Translations under genes and position numbers: made by a program
Assembly (NCBI GenBank): GCA_041671505.1
Contig: JBAZBK010000009.1
Span: 1 to 64,000 of the forward strand
Reading direction: 5' to 3'
Source of the DNA: Thermoanaerobaculia bacterium
GTDB lineage: Bacteria; Acidobacteriota; Thermoanaerobaculia; Gp7-AA8
DNA length: 64,000 nucleotides
Shown here: positions 58,330-64,000 of the stretch, piece after piece
How positions within the stretch are numbered: position 1 is the stretch's first letter
Layout of the letters: the number at the start of each line of letters is the position of its first letter
The notes under the pieces: model-generated
Databases searched by the model: none
Told to the model about the DNA's origin: nothing
What the model saw: only the letters and a program-made list of their open reading frames with translations

Positions 58330-61104
58330 CTAACCGCCCGTCCGGTCCTTCGCGCGTTGCCTCGCCTTCTTCAACGCATCGCCGAGCGACGATTCGGATG
58401 CGGGAGGCGCGGGCTTCGATTCCGGCGCCGCCACGGGTGGCGGCGCTGCAACTGGCACTGCCGCAGTCGCCCGCGGCGCCTTCGCCATCTTCTTCTCTGG
58501 CGCCTCGGCTTCAACGTTCTCCGCCACCCCGCGACGGAACCTCAAAGCTCCCGGCACGAGACTCAGCGCTCCCGTCCGTCTCTCGAGAATCTCGAGCAGG
58601 AGTAGCAGCATCGCGAGGAGCACGAGCCAGCTCCGCAGGTCGATCATCCGCGGCTTCTTCGGGAGGTCGCGCCAGATCTCCGCGGGAGTCGCGCGCTCGC
58701 GCCCTCCGGTGATCTTCGCGAGGCGTGCGAGCGTCGCCGCGCCTTCCTCCGGCGACGACGGCGCGAACTCCGGCGAGTAGGGCAGCGTCACCGGCGTCAT
58801 CGAAGACGCCGATCCGTTCGGGAAGACGAGCGTCGAGAGCACCGTCTCGCTCCCTTCGACAGGCACGTCGGCCGCGAGCGTTCCCGCGTCGATCCATCGC
58901 AGCGATCGCTTCTCGCTCCGCGGCGCTTTCCCCGGCTCGCCGCGAAGGACGACGAGCTCGGGGAGCTCGGCGAGCGAGGGCGGCGCATCGGGATCGAGCT
59001 GCAACTCGATGCGATCGACTCCGCCGCGCAGCTCCTGCGTCAGCGCCATGCCGGGAGGCAGCGTGCTCTCCTCGCCCGCGGCCCATCGCCCCAGGCTCGC
59101 GAGGAGGTCGCCGTAGAGCGGCCACGAAGCGATCGCGCCGGTGTGCTTTCCGTCGACCTCGCCGGTCCAGACCGCCGCGCGGCCTAACCCGACCTGCCAC
59201 GAGGCTACGAGCGGCGCCGCCTGATCGTCGCGCGTCACGCCCGCGAGCAGCGCGCCGTCCTTCAGGTAAGTGAGGTTGTAGCCGCCGACCGCCGGCGCGC
59301 CGGTGAAGCTGCGCCCTGCGATCGACATGAGGCCGCCGGTCAGCGCGACGTCGCTCGGCGTGTCGACGAAGGTCGAGCGCGCGACAATCATCGTGTCCTG
59401 CGCGAAGATGCGCGGCAGCTCGCCCGGGTCGGAGGTGAAGTAGACCTGCCCGCCGCCTCGCTTCGCGACGTCGCGCAGGAGCTCCGCGTCCGTGTCGGTC
59501 GCCGTACCGAGGCCGACGACGCTCACCGTCATGTTCGCCATCCGTGCCTTCTCGATCAGCTCGCGATACTCGCCCGGCTCCTCCGCGTCGGCCGCGTCGG
59601 CGAAGAGAATCACGTGCCGCGTCTCCGCCCGCGCCCCCATCAGCATCCGCGTCGCGTAGGCGAGCGCCTCGTAGACGTAGATGCCGCCACCTTCCGACTT
59701 GATCGCGAGGATTTTCCCCCGCACACCGCCCTGATCGCTGACAGGCAGGAGGTCGGCGACCTGGTGCGGCGCGCTGTCGACGGCGACGACGCCGAACTCG
59801 TCGATCGGCGAGAGCATGTCGAGCACCTGGACCGCTGCCTGGTTCGCGAGGTCCATCTTCGTCCGACCGCCCCCGACGCCGACCGCCATCGACCCGGAGC
59901 GGTCGAGCGCGACGACGATCGCGAGCGCGAACTTGCGATGCTCGCGACGGAGCTCCATCGACACCGGCAGCAGCGGGTCGATCGGCGACTTGAAGTAGCC
60001 CCCCGCGCCGAACGACGACGGCCCGCCGGTCATCAGGAGGCCGCCTCCGCTCTCCTTCACCCACGCGGCGAGCGTCTCCATCCCGTTCTTGCCGAGGAAG
60101 CTCGCGGGAAGATCTTCGAGCACGACCGCCGAATGGCTCGAGAGCGACTCGAGCGACCAGTCGGCGTTCTGTCCGGTGCGCGCGTCGACGTCGACGCCGC
60201 CGCGCGCGAGGAGCGACGCGAGCCCTCCCGTCTGCGACACGACGAGGAGCGGCTTCGTCCCTCGCACGCCGACGAGGAGCCGCGCGCGATTGTTCTCCGG
60301 GATCGGATCGGCGCCCGTACCCTTCACGGTCAGCGTGTAGGCGAGCGTCCCCGCGACGTCGGCGCGGTCGCGCAGCGTGATCTGGCTCGTTCCGGCAGGA
60401 ACGCTCTTCCGTCCTGCGGCGACGACCGTCGCTCCGCGACGAAGCTCGATCGCGACCTCCTGCGGCACCGGCGAGACGATCGCGGCCGACACGAGCAGCG
60501 CCTCGCCCTTCGCGACGCTCTGCGGCGCGTCGATGCGCGCGATCGCGATGTCGCCCGCGGCGGGGCGTGCGAGCATCCGGTAATCGATCGCGATCCCGCG
60601 CTCGGCCGCGCGCACGGCGGCGATGGCGGGATCGCTTCCGGTCCAGTGACCGTCGCCGATGACGAGGATCCGTGCAGGGCTCCCCGCCGGCATCAGCGAA
60701 AGCGCCTCGTCGACCGCCTCACCGAGACTCGATGCGTCCTGGCCTACGTCGCCGGTGAAGCCGCCGAAGCCTCCCTTCGACGGCACGAGATCGACCGCGG
60801 TCCTGCGGCCGAAGGAGACGACCCCGAGGTCGTTGTCGGAGGGGCGCTTCGACGAGACGAGGTCGATGATCTCCTTCGCGCGCGCGTCGCCATCGGCCGG
60901 CATCGAGCGGCTCCGGTCCGTAACGACGACTAGCGTGCCGGCGCGCGAGTCGAGTCGGATCGCAAGCCCCGCGAGCGCGAGGACAATCAGCGCGAAGGAA
61001 ATCGTACGGAGCACGAGCTGGATGCGACCCGCGGGACGCCAGACGACGAGCGCCGCGGCAAGCGGAATCGCGACGAGGAGCCAGGCGGGGTTGGAGAGGG
61101 TCAC
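58330..61104 (-). CDS. Large membrane-anchored vWA-domain protein of the Bat/MoxR-associated type (BatB-like, two vWA-like regions plus a C-terminal transmembrane helix and Pro/Ala-rich tail).
   Basis: GTG 61104 overlaps the upstream stop (GTGA). The N-terminal BatA-like segment is VTLSNPAWLLVAIPLAAALVVWRPA with a following transmembrane helix. vWA-like stretches are LVVVTDRSRSMPADG and ALAIVVALDRSGSMAVGVGGGRTKMDLANQA. The late transmembrane helix is LVLLAMLLLLLEIL. Confidence 0.75.
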   Translation of the reverse strand: MTLSNPAWLLVAIPLAAALVVWRPAGRIQLVLRTISFALIVLALAGLAIRLDSRAGTLVVVTDRSRSMPADGDARAKEIIDLVSSKRPSDNDLGVVSFGRRTAVDLVPSKGGFGGFTGDVGQDASSLGEAVDEALSLMPAGSPARILVIGDGHWTGSDPAIAAVRAAERGIAIDYRMLARPAAGDIAIARIDAPQSVAKGEALLVSAAIVSPVPQEVAIELRRGATVVAAGRKSVPAGTSQITLRDRADVAGTLAYTLTVKGTGADPIPENNRARLLVGVRGTKPLLVVSQTGGLASLLARGGVDVDARTGQNADWSLESLSSHSAVVLEDLPASFLGKNGMETLAAWVKESGGGLLMTGGPSSFGAGGYFKSPIDPLLPVSMELRREHRKFALAIVVALDRSGSMAVGVGGGRTKMDLANQAAVQVLDMLSPIDEFGVVAVDSAPHQVADLLPVSDQGGVRGKILAIKSEGGGIYVYEALAYATRMLMGARAETRHVILFADAADAEEPGEYRELIEKARMANMTVSVVGLGTATDTDAELLRDVAKRGGGQVYFTSDPGELPRIFAQDTMIVARSTFVDTPSDVALTGGLMSIAGRSFTGAPAVGGYNLTYLKDGALLAGVTRDDQAAPLVASWQVGLGRAAVWTGEVDGKHTGAIASWPLYGDLLASLGRWAAGEESTLPPGMALTQELRGGVDRIELQLDPDAPPSLAELPELVVLRGEPGKAPRSEKRSLRWIDAGTLAADVPVEGSETVLSTLVFPNGSASSMTPVTLPYSPEFAPSSPEEGAATLARLAKITGGRERATPAEIWRDLPKKPRMIDLRSWLVLLAMLLLLLEILERRTGALSLVPGALRFRRGVAENVEAEAPEKKMAKAPRATAAVPVAAPPPVAAPESKPAPPASESSLGDALKKARQRAKDRTGG

Positions 61105-62840
61105 GCCGTCCCCTTCGCCGCGAACCGGAGATGCGCCGTGAGGATCGCGAGAACTCCGACCAGCGCGGCCCAGGTCAGGTCGCGCGGCGCGCTCGCGGGG
61201 TCGGCGTCGCGCTTCCAGTCGCCCCAGACTCCGGGCGAGCATTTCGAGAGATCCGATTCCGCGGGTGCGATCGGGTTCGCCGCGACGCGCCAGCTTCCCG
61301 CCGTCGTCGTCACGCTCCAGACGCCCGGTTGCGAGAGGCGGAGCGCCGCCGCGCCGTTCACGCCGGCAAGCTCGAGCTTCGTGCCGTCGGGCGCTCTCAG
61401 CGACGCCTTGTCGACGCCCGGCGGCAGCGTGATCCGCGCCATCGCCCCGACGCGCGCGTTAGGCTCCCTCACCCCAGGCAGCTCCTCGGCGCGCCACTCG
61501 ACGAGATTCCAGAAGAGCACCGGCCACGCCGGGGTGAGGTGGAGCGTAGAGAGGGCGGGATCGAAACGCATAAAGATCGTCTTCGCCCCGCGCGGGCCGT
61601 CGAGCTCGGTGACGATCGGCGTGTTCCCCGCGGTGACGATCGGGTCGCCGTCCATCACGCCGCGCGGTGTGCCCCAGACGACGCCCGACAGCGCGAGACC
61701 GCGCGTCAGCGGATGCGTCCCCGCCGTGAGGAACGGTCCCGCGAGCGAGACGCCGCCCGCGGCGTGATCGATGCGGACGACCCAGCGGCCGGGCCGCGAG
61801 GCGACGTCGCCGTCGGTCACGACGAGCGACGGCTCGCCTCCGCCTAACACAACGCGCCCCGAGGCGTCGAGAGCGCGCTCGACGAGCGAGCGCAGCCTTT
61901 CGTCGGCGATGTCGACGCGCGCACGGATCTCGCCCGGCCCAGGGTCGAGCAGAGTCACCTCGTCGTCGAACGCGAGAGAGTCGCCGGAGATCGTCGCGCT
62001 GACCGGAGCTTCCCCGCGCGGCAACGTCAGCGCCACGCGGCGCGCCTCGCCAGCGGCGAGCTCGAGCGGAAGCTCCCGCGCCTGTGCTCCCGAGCCGACG
62101 CGAAGCATCGTCGACGCAGCGCCGGTCGAGAAGTTCTTCACCTCGTACGACAGTCTCTCGCCGCTCTCCGCGCTCGTGCGTGTCGCGGCGATGAAGGCGA
62201 CGTTAGGGCGCGCCTCGCCGAACGACTTCCAGACGATGCGCCCCGAAGCGGGCGGCGTCTCCGGCGGGTGATCGCTGACGACGAAGACGCGCGCCCGCGC
62301 GCCTCCCGTCTCGAGCGCGAAGGCGACCGCCCTGTCGAGGTCGGCCGACGGCGCGCCGCAGCTCCAGGCGTCGAGCAGCGGCCGCGCCGCGTCGAGGCTC
62401 GCGGCCTCTGCGCCCGCAAGCGCCGGCATCCCCCCCGCGTAGACGACGCGGACCGACGAGAGCTGCTCCGCGCCGAGCCCGCTACGCAGGAACGCGAGCG
62501 CGTGCTCGCGCGGGCTCTCCTTCTCTCCCGCGCGCATCGAGAACGAATCGTCGAGCACGAGGACGAGCGGCCGCGACTCGCGCGCGCTCGCACCGAACGG
62601 GCGTGCCGCCGCGATCGTCAGCAACACGAGTGCGAGAAGCTCGAGGAAGAAAAGCAGAGGCGTCGTGAGTCGCCGGAGCCGCCGCCCACCCTCCTTCGTC
62701 CTCGGAGCGTCGGCCCAGAGAAAGAGCCCCGCGACCTCGACGTTCTTCAGCCTGCTCCGCAGGAAATAGATCGCGAGAAGCGCGGGGATCGCGACCGCGG
62801 CTGCGGCGAGCGCGACCGGCCATGCGAAGAGCGACGTCAT
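61101..62840 (-). CDS. BatA-like vWA-domain protein (aerotolerance-regulator N-terminal domain plus vWA).
   Basis: ATG 62840 overlaps the DUF58 gene stop (ATGA). The N-terminal BatA motif is MTSLFAWPVALAAAAVAIPALLAIYFLRSR plus a second transmembrane helix (LLFFLELLALVLLTIAAA). The vWA MIDAS-like region is LVLVLDDSFSM. A C-terminal transmembrane helix is present. Confidence 0.75.
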   Translation of the reverse strand: MTSLFAWPVALAAAAVAIPALLAIYFLRSRLKNVEVAGLFLWADAPRTKEGGRRLRRLTTPLLFFLELLALVLLTIAAARPFGASARESRPLVLVLDDSFSMRAGEKESPREHALAFLRSGLGAEQLSSVRVVYAGGMPALAGAEAASLDAARPLLDAWSCGAPSADLDRAVAFALETGGARARVFVVSDHPPETPPASGRIVWKSFGEARPNVAFIAATRTSAESGERLSYEVKNFSTGAASTMLRVGSGAQARELPLELAAGEARRVALTLPRGEAPVSATISGDSLAFDDEVTLLDPGPGEIRARVDIADERLRSLVERALDASGRVVLGGGEPSLVVTDGDVASRPGRWVVRIDHAAGGVSLAGPFLTAGTHPLTRGLALSGVVWGTPRGVMDGDPIVTAGNTPIVTELDGPRGAKTIFMRFDPALSTLHLTPAWPVLFWNLVEWRAEELPGVREPNARVGAMARITLPPGVDKASLRAPDGTKLELAGVNGAAALRLSQPGVWSVTTTAGSWRVAANPIAPAESDLSKCSPGVWGDWKRDADPASAPRDLTWAALVGVLAILTAHLRFAAKGTA

Positions 62841-63715
62841 GCCGTCCTCCTCCGCTCGAGGATCCCGCGCTCGGCGAGCGGCCCCACCCGCCATCCATCG
62901 ACGAGCTCCTCGGCGGTCATCGTCAGCATCACCGCCTCACCGCGCCGCGCCTCGTCGTTCCAGTTCTCCTGGTGGCGACGCAGCGCCGAGGAGTAGCGGA
63001 AGAGCGCGGCGTCGTCGACGAGGGCGTCGAGCGTCTCGCCGCTCTCGGAGTCGACGAGCCGCGCGTTGCCGGATCGCTCGGGAGCGAGGTCGCGCGCGGC
63101 GAGCAGCTGCACGATGACGACCGCTGCGGCGCGATGCGCGAGCTGGCGCACGAGCTGCCCCGGATCGCCGAGCCAGAGGAGGTCGCTGACGAAGATCCGC
63201 ATACCGAACGGCTTCCACGACGGGCCCGATCGCGCGAGCGAGGCGGCCGGTGAGCCGCGTCCCGCGAACTCGAGCCCCGTCCAGCTCGACGCCGGGCCGT
63301 TCGTCTCGATGCGCTTCACCTCGTCGCCCGCTCCCCAGACGGCACGCGAGAAGCCTCCATTCGTCGCAGCCTCCGCGAGCATCGCGACGAGCCCGAGCGT
63401 GGCCTCGGCCTTTTTCGTTCCGCCTAACGACATCGAGCGGGAGAGGTCGACGACGATGTCGGCGTGCGGCGCCATCTCCTCGTGGTGCATGCGGACCATG
63501 AGGCTGTCGCTCCGCGCGTAGACGTTCCAGTCGATGCGGCGGACGTCGTCGCCCGGGTGGTACTCCCGGTGCTCGCGGAAGTCGATCGAGTTGCCGGAGT
63601 GGCGGGTGAGGAGCAGACCGGCGGTGCCGCCCGGCGCGCGGCGCGGAGGGAGGAGAGCGCATCCGCCTCCGGCGCGCTCGCCGGCCGCGAGAGCCTCGAC
63701 GAGCCGTGCGTCCAT
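62837..63715 (-). CDS. DUF58 domain protein (MoxR-operon associated).
   Basis: ATG 63715. The DUF58 core reads SIDFREHREYHPGDDVRRIDWNVYARSDSLMVRMHHEE. The product is 292 aa. Confidence 0.8.
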   Translation of the reverse strand: MDARLVEALAAGERAGGGCALLPPRRAPGGTAGLLLTRHSGNSIDFREHREYHPGDDVRRIDWNVYARSDSLMVRMHHEEMAPHADIVVDLSRSMSLGGTKKAEATLGLVAMLAEAATNGGFSRAVWGAGDEVKRIETNGPASSWTGLEFAGRGSPAASLARSGPSWKPFGMRIFVSDLLWLGDPGQLVRQLAHRAAAVVIVQLLAARDLAPERSGNARLVDSESGETLDALVDDAALFRYSSALRRHQENWNDEARRGEAVMLTMTAEELVDGWRVGPLAERGILERRRTA

Positions 63716-63718
63716 CGG

Positions 63719-64000
63719 CTACGCCGCGGGGGCGGCCCTCCGGAACGCGGCGAAGCGCGCGGCGAACCAGTTGCGGCGGAAGATGAGCATCACCAGGAGC
63801 CACGCGCTGCCGAAGAGGAAGCGCGCGATCTGCGGCTCCTGCGGATTCGGGAACGGGGAGGCGAGCATCCAGATCGTCATGTCCTTCCCGAACGGCGTCT
63901 TGCCGCCGAAGAGAATCCAGCCGGCGACCGGAATGAAGCCGGCGAGCATGACGAGAAGGAGGACGACGATCCAGGTCCGCGACGTTGGGAGCTTCGCGAG
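63719..64000 (-). CDS. 3' end of a membrane protein gene that continues beyond the window.
   Basis: The frame stays open upstream of the listed Met to the window edge (LAKLPTSRTWIVVLLLVMLAGFIPVAGWILFGG...). Two hydrophobic helices are present. The stop lies 4 nt before the DUF58 start. Confidence 0.4.
   Translation of the reverse strand, partial: LAKLPTSRTWIVVLLLVMLAGFIPVAGWILFGGKTPFGKDMTIWMLASPFPNPQEPQIARFLFGSAWLLVMLIFRRNWFAARFAAFRRAAPAA

Noticed and set aside
58511-60933. ORFs 58511..60064 (-, other frame), 59614..60933 (+) and 58725..59273 (+) within the large vWA gene.
   Set aside because: These are alternate-frame or antisense with Arg-rich products. The chosen frame contains BatA-like and vWA motifs and GTGA coupling to the upstream gene.
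1-64000. Searched for CRISPR arrays, rRNA and tRNA genes.
   Set aside because: No run of regularly spaced identical direct repeats with unique spacers was found. The heptamer arrays are arranged as inverted pairs, not CRISPR-like. No rRNA-like segment was seen and no cloverleaf/T-arm GTTCGA-type motif in the intergenic gaps.

Overview
High-GC (about 68%) bacterial chromosomal window of 64 kb with dense, well-behaved coding on both strands. The content and style suggest an Acidobacteria-like soil organism.

The first 20 kb is a cell-surface and secretion island. It holds a partial DUF11-repeat surface protein, two tandem paralogous secreted HEXXH zinc metalloproteases, and a 2264-aa S8 subtilase carrying FG-GAP/VCBS and DUF11 repeats. 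All three proteases end in the same unusual C-terminal module: one FN3 domain followed by 2.5 copies of a roughly 38-aa repeat with the core H-x-x-E-L-R-x-A-V. This module is a candidate undescribed targeting or anchoring tag. Downstream sit a flotillin/SPFH protein with four N-terminal tandem repeats and a conserved uncharacterised four-gene cluster, apbE (FMN transferase)-DUF4266-DUF3570-tlpA.

The middle of the window (20-40 kb) encodes an ackA-pta operon, VOC and CDGSH proteins, a secreted hypothetical protein, a TPR protein, a polytopic membrane protein, an IgGFc-binding/DUF11 surface protein with a PEP-CTERM-like tail, and a MacAB-type efflux operon. That operon comprises a HlyD adaptor, an ABC ATPase and two FtsX permeases.

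The last part (40-64 kb) holds a RelE/ParE toxin-antitoxin pair, an Rrf2 regulator with an ssuABC-like transporter, an alpha/beta hydrolase, rph, glgC, a DnaJ-like protein, an LpxH-like phosphoesterase, an MBL hydrolase, aroA, a small zinc-ribbon ORF, a cupin, a GMC oxidoreductase, pepQ, and a MoxR/Bat-type vWA-DUF58 operon.

Three non-coding observations stand out. First, nearly every intergenic region from 40.6 to 57.5 kb carries nested palindromic elements whose arms are tandem heptamer repeats (GAATGAA, GAATTGA, GTTGTTA and similar). Several gene stop codons lie inside these arms. Second, three MITE-like elements with GGTAGCCCC terminal inverted repeats are present. Third, there is a mosaic at 33.0-33.6 kb in which diverged copies of the 3' ends of the FtsX permease gene and of pta meet head-to-head at AT-rich perfect hairpins. 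This looks like a fossil duplication or integration junction, and a third, older ftsX-end copy lies at 30.7 kb.

A 19-nt poly-G tract in the N-terminal region of the hydrolase gene is a candidate phase-variation switch. No rRNA, tRNA or CRISPR array was seen.
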